From Haliotis rubra (Eukaryota): 64,000 nucleotides of DNA. Positions 39,262 through 52,058 of the stretch are shown one piece after another. Positions within the stretch are counted from its first letter, which is position 1; the number at the start of each line of letters is the position of its first letter. Location: NCBI RefSeq assembly GCF_003918875.1, contig NW_025765395.1:62001-126000 (forward strand). The letters run 5' to 3'. Under the pieces are notes generated by a model, which searched no databases, had not been told where the DNA came from, and saw only the letters and a program-made list of their open reading frames with translations. Made by a program: the position numbers and the translations under genes.

Positions 39262-42200
39262 ATAAATATGTGTTTGTAGCAATTGGTTATGGTTTGTAGG
39301 AATGACTGATGAATTTCAATACTTATTCAACCATCCATTACAGATTGGATGGCCTGGTGTCTGACTTTGAAAATTGATGTCTCGTTGTTCCTGGTGTTGC
39401 GCAAGGAATTGTAGTGTCCTTAGCAACGATAACGATCTACAGCAAAATCTTTTTCGAAATTTGCGAAACTAACATATTTCCGTGAAAGATTCTTGTGTTT
39501 ATGGCTGTCAAGTATGGGTTTTTAAACAATTTGGAACTATAGAAAAATACAAATAACTGCATGCAAAATTTCTACAGTAATAGTAACTGAATGTTTAATC
39601 TGCAACATTTTAAGTTGTCATTTCGGCCCCGTGAGACCCGGTGTTTGTATTGTATATCTGGACTAAATGTTTTATACCATGTAACACATGACACTGTAAT
39701 AAATTAATAAACTAACAGAAATAGTCCGCTTATATGGCACTCATACCCAGGCACATTGTCTGGTCAAGGCGCTACGTACATTACTATCCCCGGTCATAGG
39801 ACACTATGATACTGTTTCAACTCCCTGGCCCATGCTGCCTGTTAGGAGCAATGAACTACAACTTGTTCAGATTGACCTGAGCTACTCTACATATGCATGA
39901 CCCGGGAGGTCAAATGGCACAAACGGCAGATCGGGTTATCTTCATTAAATAGGGGTGCAGAGAATGTTATTAATGTTGCATGCATACATAGATTTGTTAC
40001 AGAACTTGTCCCGGAAAACAACACTTCAGAAAAAACACCCAATCATGTCATTTTAATTGAATTGTTTATACAGTCATATGAGTTAGTTTGGTTTGATAAC
40101 TTTAAAACTTACGGACTTCAGTTACTTTCACAATCCGATTCACTCTCGCTATCACTCTACACCCAGTTCAGTTACCATTTTTTCTATTTCATGCTCAACT
40201 GCAATATTTCTGTCCCAATTTACAGCATGGGCACAGCAATCAGTCCACTCGATCGTTTACACCAATCATCTGATAAAAGGTGCACCCCTTCACGATAATA
40301 GGCCCAACCAGTTGTGACACGGTCACGCATATCATTAATATTCACTTGATCAGGTCAAAGCTGAACAAGCTGTAAACACTCACATTGCCAGCACATCGAA
40401 CGGGTGAACTGGAGACAATGTGGCTCTAAGTATCTTGTCCAAGCATACTACGCAAACCTAGGTGCCTCCATCGGGGATCGAACCTTCGGCGTGATAGGTA
40501 GACGCCTTACCACCTTATTAGGCTCTACACCTGGCTATAAAGACACCTACATATGCTGTGTTAGGTCAGTGCGGCCTATACCCTGTACTCGTACACAAAA
40601 ATCAAATGGTAATAGGTCAGAGATTTTAAGGATGTTAGGAAGACTTATAATATGGTTTTACTGTATGATAGTGACGGTAGTTCGAACTGGGTTTCAAAAG
40701 TTAGGAATGTTTTATGTACACAAAGATTTTGCTTGGGTGGTGAAACAAAGCAGTAGTAGATTCAGCTATTTCTGGCACAGTTGGCAGTCTAAGTAAACTT
40801 AGGCTCAGCATTATTCGTTACACTGCTATACTGAGTCTAACAATCCCTAGTAGAAGGAGCATCGATCTACGCCATTGGGATACGATGACGTGGGTCAACC
40901 AAGTCAGCGAGTCTGACCACCCGCTCCCGTTAGTCTTCTCTTACGACAAGCGGGTTGCTGAAGACCAATTATAACCCGGATCTTAGGCAAGGCTACGAAA
41001 CGGAATGCCAGTGTATAATCAAACCAAATGGACGCAACCCCAATGCCCATTACAATTAGGAGATAAACATCATGTGTTGGCGAATTTCCGGGTGTTATTG
41101 AGTATTTGAAGCACGGGAATTCATTTGGAACCGACGGCGTGAGCCGGAGGTTTCAAATGAAATATTTCCGTGCTTCAAATGTCAATTTCACCAACTATGA
41201 TGTTTATCGACTGTCATCTAAAAGTAAACCGAAAGGTCCACACACGTGTTTTGTGTCTGCTCTCATTGACATCGAGTACGGGTACAGCAGTGAAATGTCA
41301 TCAGCCGGCCGTGTCCCATGGTAGCATCTGGAAATGCTCATTTGTGACGTCATTCGGACTTTACGTCACAATATGATCTAAATGACGTCATCACAGCTGA
41401 CGACGTAACAATACAATGGTGTGAGCGATGTTTGTATGTATTAATACGCAGAGAATTTCCGGGAATCAAATACCATTTGATCACGTTTTTCAACCAATCA
41501 GATTAAAGAACACAGTGACTTTTGGTTTACAATATACATTCAACGCCGTTAGTAAGATGAATCGCTGCATTGTCACTGGTCATTTCTTTTACTCACACAT
41601 ATGCCAACGTTTCCCCACGTTTCCTACTGCACAAAACGTTGCATGCTTAAACAAAATGATTTCTATTTTCAGTTTGTTTGTTTGTTTGTTTGTTTGTTTG
41701 TTTGTTGAGCGTCACACTGAGCACTATTGTCTCTGTGATGAGTCTTCATTCGTTAATCATATCGAATCCCTTAGTGGGATATACATGTTCGAACATAGAA
41801 TAACATTTTCGAAAATATCTTATTTTTATACAAAGAAAGATCTCCTTTAAAAATGACAAGACTTTCTTTGGTTCAAAGCATTACATGAGTTTTGGGAGGA
41901 AGAAAAAGTTTCCGGGATCTGTGAGACTGTAGGAGTCGCCATTACAATAATGATTCTTGGGATTTGGATTGTCATTACAATCACAATATGTCATGGGTCC
42001 TACTGTAAGTCCAAACGTTGAACCTGCGGAACACAACATTTTCAATATTGGTGATGCATTTTTCGTGACAGTCTAAGTGGACCATTAAGCATCAACTGGA
42101 ATACACTGGTTCTTTGTTAAAGCCATGTACCTCCATTAGTCTAGCGAGGCGCTACTTCCGGTACTAAGCTTGTACCCTGCCCCCTTTGCGCGCCCCAACT

Positions 42201-42846
42201 TGCGATGTGCGAGACGGAGCCCAGCTTACCTCCAATACCAGATTTCCGGGGACAAGCGTATATTCAAGAACCAGTTATGGTTTCAAATTGCGCGACCGCC
42301 AAATATAACTTTATTAGACCGGACCAAGTGTACAACGATGCCTGGCTGTCACAGCTGTTGATAGTCGTAATAGTTGGCTAATTTGGGATGGTTAGATCGG
42401 AAATGTGTTATTCCAGCAAGTATTATCGGTTCCTTACTGTCAACTGACAACCACGAGACCATTCGAAAGGTATGAAACGTTGTTTGTCACCGTAAGTACT
42501 AAGGTCTCGCGAAGGTCTCGCTATTTAAGCGAGTTCATGTGAGTGGTGACATCAAAATTATAAAGCGTCTAGATCGAGTTATATACTTGTTATATATTCG
42601 GATAGTATATAGTTTGGGATTTTAATCGCAAACACATATCAATCAGTTACACTTATCTGTAACTTCAATAGGTGCCACTGGAAATCTGATTGGAAGTGAC
42701 CAGCCTTAAATGTCACGTGTTCATCAAACATACTTTACATGCCAAATCAGGTGACCTATACCTTGAAATACAGATAACGATTTTCACAACGAAACTACCA
42801 TTCCAACAGTTGATCGACCTTTCTAGCCTGCTGTCCCAAGACAAAG

Positions 42847-45703
42847 ATGATAGGTATCCTCCTCCTCTGCTTGGTGAGTTCAGCCCTGGCAGCTGTCATC
42901 AACACCACTCCAGTCACCCTCACAACGACGCCTAACACATGCGAACGCCATGGCAAATACTACAAGATTGGCGAGCATTTCAAACCAACTCCATGCGAGA
43001 GGTGTTTCTGTGGAGCTTCCGGTCGAGCTGCCTGTGTATACGTGGACTGCGTACTTGCTTTGTGTGTAGACGCTGTCAAACAACCAGACCAGTGCTGTTC
43101 AACCTGTCCAAATGGTTCGTTAATCTCATCATACCAATGGTTCGTTAATCTCAACATACCAATAGCCTTCGCAAATAGGATTGCATAAGCAAATATGTAG
43201 GCAGCGGTATGATTAATGGTATAAGCATGATATGTAAGAGTGAGTGAGTTAGAATCACATATTTCAGACATCCGTGACTAACACAAGCCATACGTGGATA
43301 ATAGATATTGTTTGATTGTAAAATCGGTCAAGAAATGACAGTAAAACAATTAGAATATCACAGATATACATTTAAAAGTAGCATGTAAGTTATACAGGTA
43401 AGGTAATACAGTATAAAACGGGCTATAGATCGCCAACAACTGAAAGTAGATCACCATACTATGCACCATGGGGACTTACAGTACTGTCCATGGACCCTAG
43501 CTGGATGTACATCATTCCTTTAGTTGTTGGCAATTATTCAGAAAATTAGCCAAACATTAAAAGCACATAATTTTTTATATTCTACGATTAAAACCACGAA
43601 GGATGAAAAATGCTTTGAATGAAATGGGACATACGTATCTTCTCTGGGGAAATAGTTTCCTTTATTTCAACACCATTTGAAGGTGTGGCTATTATCAAAT
43701 TCAGCTATTTATTCATCCTACCAGGGGCGGTGGGGTAGCCTATTGGTTAACACGTTCGTTCGTCACGCTGAAAATCCGGGTTTGATTCCCCAAAATCCGG
43801 GTTCGATTCCCGGGTACAAAGTGTGAACCCCATTTCTGGTGTCTCCCGTCGTGATATTGCTGGAATATTGCTAGAAGCGGCGTAAAACAAAAATCACTCA
43901 CTCAATCACAAACTCATTCAACCAAATTAACATTCACAAACTAACTGCAATACGTATTATCCAAATTTATCAATTAGAACGATTTCTTTTAAGAAACTAA
44001 GATTTAAATGATAACATACCTTAAAAGATCCTTTGAAAGTTGAAACTGTGAAATTGTAATCCCTTGTGATGGAAAATCTAGGACAAGCACGACATGACCG
44101 TGACTCTTTCATCACAAGGGACACAAAACTTTCGATGAATGCTTCATCTATCTATTTATATTTGCTGTGGCCAGCATGGGCGGTGGGGTAGCTGTGTGGC
44201 TAGAGCGTTCGCTCGTCACACTGAAGACCCGGGTTCGATTCCCCACATGTGTACAAAGTGTGCAGCCCATTTCTGGTGTCTCCCGCCGTGATATTGCTGG
44301 AATATTGCTAAAAGCGGCGTAAAACCATACTCACTACTGCGATCAACACGACATCGTCACAGGATGACCCCTGCAAATGTGACAACTCAAACAGGTGTTA
44401 ACGATAGTTTGCATAAATTTACGTAACTTATTGATACCTGCTTGGGTGTCACCCTTATTTTGCATTAGTTCTCTGATAACATTTATCATCTTATAATCGG
44501 TGTACGGCATCAAAAGTGGTGTCACAGCACACTGCCTCAGCAGCAGAATCAGATATTGTGTAACCAACATGTTCCAACATGGCCAGGTAACCAACAGAGG
44601 ATGATGTCGTATTGGCCAGTAGCAGAGATCATTATAATTCCATTATTTCGAATTAAAATGGATGTTAACATGACATATTACAAAGAGCCTGAAGACAAGA
44701 ACGTGAGTGTGAAAATATTAGGTGCTGCTTTATGTACATTATTTATATATTCAAGAGGAGTTGTTATAATGGCGTTTGCTCAGGCTGGGAAAAGTTTTTA
44801 TCTAGTACTCTGGAAGATACCATTAGCACCCATGTAAGCAATTATACAAGTAAAGGTTCACAAAAAATAAACGCAAGCAGAGATGGAAGACACATTGTAA
44901 CAATAACAGGCCAAATGCGAAAAAATAGCTAGCGCCTAATAATATCGCTGGATATATATGGTGCAACAAAGGCACATGGTAGTAGAAACAACAAAACCCG
45001 TTCCCCATCCATAAGAAGTCTCTCCTAAAATCAGAGTCGACTGTGCAATTTTTGTGACTGTATTATGGGTATATATATTGTTTCAAAAGTGTTACAGCTG
45101 TTGTCATTATGATTATTATTAGTCTTCCGTCCACATAATACTTGGGACCAGTGAAGTCCATGCTTGTCCATGCTTGTCCATGTTTGTCCATGCTTGTCCA
45201 TGCTTTCTCCATGCTTTCTCCATTCTTGTCCATGCTTCTCCATGCTTGTCCATGCTTGCCCATGCTTGTCCGTGCTTCTCGTTAAAGGCGACTAACGGCA
45301 TCGGGTGATCAGGCTCGCTGACCTGGTTCACGCAGGGCATCGTATCTCAATTGCGTAGATGGATGATCATGGTGTTGATCACTGGATTGTCTGGTCCAGA
45401 CTCGGTTATTTACAGACCGCAGCCATATAGCTGGAATATTGCTGAGTGCGGCGTTAAAAACAATCAATCATCATGGCAGTTCGAATGTTGAGTAAACAAT
45501 TGTGTAACACTGGGACATTCAAGAAGATGCTTCACTTGTTGATATTTTGACTTCCAGGCTGGAACTGCAAGCACGGTGACGTCATCATCAAGATGGGCGA
45601 GGTGTATAACCCTGACCCGACGACCTCGTGTCGATGCAACAACAGTCCTTTCAGCCTGGGAATCGGGATCCATGGCTTGAATGCAGAATGCACTGCCATG
45701 TGA
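42847..45703 (+). CDS. VWC2/Brorin-like secreted protein, copy 6; exons 42847..43114 and 45558..45703
   Basis: Exon 1 reads MIGILLLCLVSSALAAVINT...CERHGKYYKIGEHFKPTPCERCFC...DQCCSTCPNG followed by GT. Acceptor ttccag|GC. Exon 2 reads GWNCKHGDVIIKMGEVYNPDPTTSCRCNNSPFSLGIGIHGLNAECTAM*, followed by AATAAA. Confidence 0.92.
43724..44335 (+). mobile_element. Two SINE family A copies (43724..43910 and 44178..44335) in the copy 6 intron
   Basis: tRNA A/B boxes and the family body. Confidence 0.8.
45158..45275. repeat. 10-bp tandem repeat (TCCATGCTTG)n at the 5' part of a family C SINE
   Basis: Visible directly. The unit equals part of the SINE core CCCATGCTTGTC. Confidence 0.9.
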
Positions 45704-45834
45704 ATAAAAATACATTTGCATCGCTCTGTTAAAGTATTTTGGAATGAATGATGAGTTTCAATAATCATTCAGCTACCCATGACTGATCAGTTGGGCGTTC
45801 GTGCCTACGAATCTCTTTTGCGTGGATCGTTGCG

Positions 45835-45945
45835 GAGGTGAGGTCAGGTCAGGGCAGGTCAGGTCAGGTCAGGTCAGGGGAGGTCAGGTCGGGCTGATCT
45901 GGTCTGGTCTGGTCTGGTCTGGTCTGGTCTGGTCTGGTCTGGTAA
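45835..45945. repeat. (GGTCA)n/(GGTCT)n microsatellite
   Basis: Visible directly. Confidence 0.9.
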
Positions 45946-46232
45946 TAATGATAATAATAGTTCCATATGTATAGCGCTTTTTTACACATCTAAGCACGCT
46001 CAAAGCGCTTTCTGGTCTGGTCTCGTCTGGCCTCGTCTTGGCTCGTCTCGTCCAGAGTCGACTGGTCACAGACCTCCGCCATTGAACAAGAATAATGATG
46101 AGAGAGAACAAACAATATAGCAGTACGCAGCGAATTATTAAGAATAGAATAGCAAGTAGTTAGTTGATGAAACAGACACTTTGTATTTAATCATCGATAT
46201 GGTTCGGTTCTAAGACAGTGTGACGAACGTTA

Positions 46233-47291
46233 CTACATGGAGCCAGTGACGCCAGTTGCCTTATGCACACACAATGCTTCGTGTCCATGTGGGCCGAACA
46301 GATACGAGAAGTCGGTAGAACAGCTGCACACGGTGTTGGTGTCAGGATGGTACGTATCCCCCGACTTGATGACCACGTCCTTATATTTACAGTTGTTTCC
46401 TGAATTAAAATATATGAAGAAATGAATAAATAAAGCCAGTAGCACAAAACAGAGACACTGAACGTTCTACTGTGACGTTTTTCTTCTTTGACGCTGTGCA
46501 TCGATGCTGTAAACCACTAGCATGCTAGGAGAAAGCTGGAATACCGATAGCGGCATCAAACAAAATTCACTAGTTCACGTGCAGTCAAAGTGCAAATTAA
46601 ATACGTGTGTCTCGATATGAAAATGGAATTTTAGCAGTTCGTGTTTCATTGAATAGTGAATACTGCTAGCAATAGGGGGATATCCAGTCTTGCGTCACAC
46701 ATACTAAACATAACATTTCACATGTATCAAACACACTTACTGGACACCGGCACGTAAATTGTACTGAACGATGGCACGTGACACGTGCTGAACGATTGCA
46801 CGTCACACGTATTGAACAATGACTTGTCGCACATATTGAACAACAGCACGTCACACGTACTGAACAATGAGTCGTCACATGTACTGTACAATAACACGTC
46901 ACACATACTGAACAATGACACAGTACACGTACTGTATAATAACAGGTCACACGTACTGAGCAATGACACATCACACGTACTACTGAACAATGACACGTCA
47001 CACATACCGAACAATGCCACATCACTCACCATCTGGACAAGTCCCACAGCAATGGTTTGGTTTCTGTACAGGGTTGACGCACATCGGAGGAGCACAGTCA
47101 ATCGCCATGCACATCATCCTGCCTTGACTACACGTGCAGGGGGAACATGGGTTCTTATTTACGCGTTCCCCTTCCTTGTAGGTGACCCCGTTGACTACAC
47201 ATCCATTCTCATGGCTGATCACTGCACCCTCTATTATAAGGGAGAAAAGCCCCAAAAGAAGGGTACAGGCAGCTAACCTAATTGCCATCAT
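46233..47291 (-). CDS. VWC2/Brorin-like secreted protein, copy 7 (divergent subfamily); exons 47291..47030 and 46399..46233
   Basis: Exon 1 reads MMAIRLAACTLLLGLFSLIIEGA...CVVNGVTYKEGERVNKNPCSPCTCSQGRMMCMAIDCAPPMCVNPVQKPNHCCGTCPDG with donor GTGAGT. Acceptor ttcag|GA. Exon 2 reads GNNCKYKDVVIKSGDTYHPDTNTVCSCSTDFSYLFGPHGHEALCVHKATGVTGSM*. Confidence 0.92.
46740..47020. repeat. About 24-bp minisatellite (CACGTCACACGTACTGAACAATGA) in the copy 7 intron
   Basis: Visible directly. Confidence 0.85.
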
Positions 47292-47796
47292 AGAGTCAGT
47301 CAACAGCAAATGTGTCTTCTTCTACTCGGACTGATAGCCTATATAGGAAGGAATCTCAAATCTCTTATCAGGAATTGATCAGGTGACTGTGTGACACAAG
47401 TAATGGGCTTCACACACTGTACCGATGTAGGGAATCGAACCTGGGTTTTCGGCGTGACGAGCGCACGCTTTAACCACTAGGCGTCTCCACCGCCCGCATG
47501 ATTTCGAGGGCAGAACCCATTTCTGATGTATCCACTGACAACAGAGTAAGTGTTCGGACAGATTAGTTTGTTTGTTTGTTTGTTTGTTGTTTAACGCCGC
47601 CTCAGCAACATCACACTATATGGAGTCTGTAAATATTCGAGCGTGGACCAAACAATCCAGTGATGACATCATGAGCATCTATTTACGCAATAGGGATACG
47701 ATGGTATACATCAACCTTTGGAGTGCGCCTGGCTACCCGATCCTGTTAATCGTTTTTTACGACAAGCATAAGTATGTGTTAATAAGATTTGGAAGG

Positions 47797-48354
47797 AGTG
47801 AGTGAGTGAGTGAGTGAGTTTGATTTACGCTGCTTTTAGCAATATTCCAGCAATATCACGGCGGGGGACACCAGAAATGGGCTTCACACATTGTACCCAT
47901 GTGGGGAATCGAACCCGGGTCTTCGGCGTGACGAGCGAACGCTTTAACCACTAGGCTACCCAACCGCCCCCTGGAAGTAGTGACATTAATACCGTGAAGA
48001 ATCTTGCAACATCAAGGAGAAGTCGTATGCTCGATGCCGTAGTAGTCTTCTCCACAAACGTGCATGTAATGCAAATATCTCAATGCATTTTACACATTTA
48101 AAGCGAAAACAATATTCTACGATAGTACTTTTCGTACAGATGGAAAACAACATTATCTGGAGATCAAGCAGATAATAACCTTTCATCAGCATTAGAGTGA
48201 ATTTAGTTTTACGCCGCTTGTAGCAATATTCCAGCAATATCACGGCTGAGGACACCAGATATGGGCTTCACATATTGTAGCCATGTGGGGAATCGAACCC
48301 GGGTCTTTGGCGTGACGAGCGAACGCTTGAAACACTAGGCTTCCCCGCCGCCCC
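47797..48354 (-). mobile_element. Two SINE family A copies (47797..47971 and 48195..48354)
   Basis: Reverse complement of the family A consensus with (CACT)n tail. Confidence 0.85.
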
Positions 48355-48676
48355 ATCAGCATCAGTATGGAAAGGGGTTCGAGGGAATATTATTAGATGA
48401 CCACATGGTATTGAGGTCGATATTGTCTCTCGTCTAACAGCTCAGATCTGGAAAAATAGTTTTCAAAGGATAAAAAAGCCCATAACAATCTTAAATTCAG
48501 GCCTAGAGCTGAAGCAATCTAGACTTGCTAAATCATTCTAGACTTAAATAAGACTCCAATTAAATATGTTTTCAAGGGTGGAGACACAGGCTAAGGTTTC
48601 ACCTGATTCATTTTATCTGATCTTCTAAAGGTCGCCAAGCTAATCATCAGATAGGTCTATAGATAAGAAACACTAC

Positions 48677-48682
48677 TATAAA
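48677..48682 (+). promoter_or_regulatory. TATA box of copy 8, preceded by AGATAAG (GATA site)
   Basis: The same AGATAAG...CTACTATAAA arrangement lies 42-44 bp upstream of the ATG in copies 8, 9 (53751) and 11 (62231). Confidence 0.6.
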
Positions 48683-48718
48683 GTTAACGTCTCAATATTC
48701 CGGGTCACTTCTGCCGCA

Positions 48719-48989
48719 ATGATCGGAACACTCGTGTCATCTGCCATATTCCTGGCGCTCGTCGTTTGCTCCGAGTCTGCATCACTTCCGGTGCTTACAG
48801 CTGCAGCTGACGAATGCGTGTATCAAAATAAGACTTACCAGATTGGTGTAAGAACCGGGAGCGCGTGCATGCCCTGCACGTGCATGCAGGGTGGTCGGAT
48901 GTCTTGTCTGGCTATCGACTGCTTCTTCCCTTCACTCTGCGTCGACCCTGTTCGGAAACCGGGACAGTGCTGTCAGACTTGTCCAAACG
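48719..48989 (+). CDS. VWC2-like first exon, copy 8 (no private exon 2 found)
   Basis: MIGTLVSSAIFLALVVCSESA...CVYQNKTYQIGVRTGSACMPCTCMQGGRMSCLAIDCFFPSLCVDPVRKPGQCCQTCPNG with donor GTATTT. The unspliced frame stops at 49051. Confidence 0.85.
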
Positions 48990-49863
48990 GTATTTATTCA
49001 CATATATTTACCTATTACATGTTCTATTTCATTTTCTATCATACTCTATAGATTTAAATGTGAGGTGTAAAGCTGTGATGATTATAATGACCGATGATTA
49101 ACTAAGTTACATTACTGTCTGTTTTGAGCGGGCATGGAGAGATACCAAGACACAATAGTGGGCATCCCTCGATTGTATTTTCACTTTGGCGGCAGAACCA
49201 CATGCCGACATGTACACACAGTGCGCATGCGTTGTTCCGAAAACATGTACAGGTTCAATCTTACGAAGTGTTTTATTTAATTATGTGTTGAAAAATGTTA
49301 ATGTCTTGTTGGACACTGTTTCTACATACTTTCTAGGAACATGACTTTGATGTGTCAAAGCAGTGCAACATATTGTCGTACTTAGGGTTGGTTCTCACAT
49401 GCAATATGAAGCAACGACTTGGAACATGCCATAGGTCCTGTGTAAGTCTTGCGAGGCGCTACTTCCGGCACTAAACTGGTACCCGGCTCCCTTTGTGCGC
49501 ACCAATTTGCGATATGCGAGGCGGGGCCCAGTTTACTTCCGGTACCAGATTTCCGGGGACAGGCGTATATTCAAGAACCAGTTCTGGTTCCAAATTGCGC
49601 AAACGCCAAATATGACTTTACTAGACTGGACCAAGTGTACAACCATGCTTGGCCGTCACAGTTGTTGACAGTCGTAATAGTTGGCTGATGTGGGAATGGT
49701 TAGATCAGAAATGTGTTATTCCTGCATGGATTATCGGGTTTTTACTGTCACCTGACAACCAGGAGACCATTCGAAAAGGTATGAAACGTTGTTTGTCACC
49801 GGAAGTACGACGTGCCGTAACTCGCTTATATCTCTCTATTGGGTGATTTGTACTCCAGTACCA

Positions 49864-50394
49864 CAGTCTAAGTAAACTTAGGCTCAGTATTATTCGTTAC
49901 ACTGCTATACTGAGTCTAACAAACCCTAGTAGAAGGTCGCGTCAGCTTACCTTTTGGACTGACCAATCAGAACACAGCTTACCAAATCGCGAACGTTAAC
50001 ATTCGCACATACCGTTTGAACCTTTACTTCCAAAACTAGACCGATTCCGAATGTTATTTTCCACACGATCGCTTCCGAGTGATACACATGGAGGACGCAA
50101 TGAGTAAACAGTCACTGATCATAGCGTTTTTGTCAGTATTCAAGGATGTCATCTTGCGGAAATATAAGCTAATAGTAACCATGTTATTAGAAACCCCTAA
50201 GAGTATATATATATATATATACTGCAGGTCAAATATCTGTGTTTTATGCGGATTTTCGTTTGTTGATAGATCAGTGTCAGCGACCAGGGAAGAGAAAATC
50301 AAAAAAACCGTTCTGTAGGTCCCGCCGAACTCTAATAAGTAGTCATTGTCTGATTGGTTAAAGAATAATACTGAGCCTAAGTTTACTTAGACTG
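49864..50394. mobile_element. MITE with 32-bp perfect TIRs and a 10-bp target-site duplication
   Basis: TIR CAGTCTAAGTAAACTTAGGCTCAGTATTATTC. TCCAGTACCA at 49854..49863 and 50395..50404. A fragment also lies near 40786. Confidence 0.9.
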
Positions 50395-50981
50395 TCCAGT
50401 ACCACCAAGTCGAACTGCTAGATGCAACTCAATAGAAGACGACAAGACTGTAATTTTGATCAGAATAGTTACTCCTCAGGATTTGTTTCTGATGTTGGGA
50501 TTACAGGACTCTCTTCGCTTTGAATAGTTAATGTCAGATAAGATCATCAATTATCTGAAAAGTTAAGTTATTTGTCAGCTCCTTGTGCCAAGAAAGTATT
50601 GGGTCAGTATTGTTTATTGCCATGTATTATACTTGATGCTAGTTCTGATCTCATACCAGTAAACTAGAATCAACACATTGTATCTTTTAAAACTCATGAA
50701 ACAAATGATACTGGCGACACATATCCTCCATAAATAGACCCGTGAAATTCCTGGTTAGAATTGGTCATCAGTAACCCATGCTTGTCATAATAGGCGACTA
50801 ATGGAATCGGGTGGTCAGGCCCGCTGACTTGGTTGACACATGTCATCGTATCCCAGGTGCGTAGATCGATGCTCATGATGTTGATCTCTGGATTGTCTGG
50901 TTCAGCCTCGTTTATTTAAATCCCACCGTCATATAGCTTGAATATTGCTGAGTGCGGTGTTGAACAACCAAATCTCCATAA

Positions 50982-52058
50982 GGGGTTATAGCTGGAACGG
51001 CCCCACGTCGAAACGGCCCCAAATGTTTTGGCTGAAATGGCCTCATGACTAAACGGCCCCATGTTTGCCAAAATGGCCCCAAAATAATCCGTTTTATTTC
51101 AATGTGTGTCCTTAGTCATAAATGATAGATCAAAACGCATATTTTTCAATTACTTATTACATTAATTAGCTTTGACATTTTCATCATGATTTTATTCTGT
51201 TTAAATGGCCATGAGGCCAATAATACATGTAGAAGATATGAATCAAACGAACTGAATAATGTACAGAACGTCTAACAATATTCACTAGAATTTAAGTTTG
51301 ACAAATAAAACATAAGGTTTCAGAATCAGAATTCAAATTGTTAAAAATACATCCATACCATAAAGTCACACATACAGTCATTAAAACAACATTGAAGTAG
51401 CAGCTGTTCTGTCGTGTGAATCCTGACAGAGCTGAATGTTTTGACAAACATTAGCAATAGTACATAAATGAATATGATAAAATATAGTCTATGAACTCAA
51501 GACTATGGCATAGTGTTCTCTGTGTCAATGATATACAGTATTTATTGATGGGGATAGATGGTTACTGTACATTCACAATGACACAACGCTGTGCGGTTTG
51601 CAATAAGACTGTCCGGAAAAAAACCAGCACGCCATTAGCTGTGATGGTTGTCAAACCTGGACACACCGTCTTTGCGGCACAGGGATTTCAGCACTCAGAT
51701 ACAAGGAAATATGCAGAAGCAAAGAAGATATTCCCTTCACATGTGAACCATGTTCCCATTATGTAACTTCAGATTACACTAAAATTTAAAACAAATACAT
51801 TGTCAAGCACGTTAATGGTACTGCTGTGTGTGCCGCAAGGAGTGTATTGTTTGGACTTTGTTCTGTTTTCAATATATGTTACATGTCAATATAAATGCTC
51901 AAATATATTTCACGTCGTTTTTGCAATTGTACGGGGTCATTTCAAGCAATCTCTGGCTTTTTTGCACTTAGCAACATCGGGGCCGTTTTGCACTGGGGCC
52001 GTTTTAGCCGAGCAAAATTGGGGCCGTTTTGCCATGGGGCCGTTTTAACCTGATCCCC
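50982..52058. mobile_element. Non-autonomous DNA element with AAACGGCCCC subterminal repeats, carrying a frameshifted PHD finger (51578..51789)
   Basis: Arrays of AAA(C/T)GGCCCC on the left and GGGGCCGTTT on the right. Internal CAVC..CDGC..H..C..CEPC (C4HC3) pattern with a 1-bp shift in an A7 run. Confidence 0.7.
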
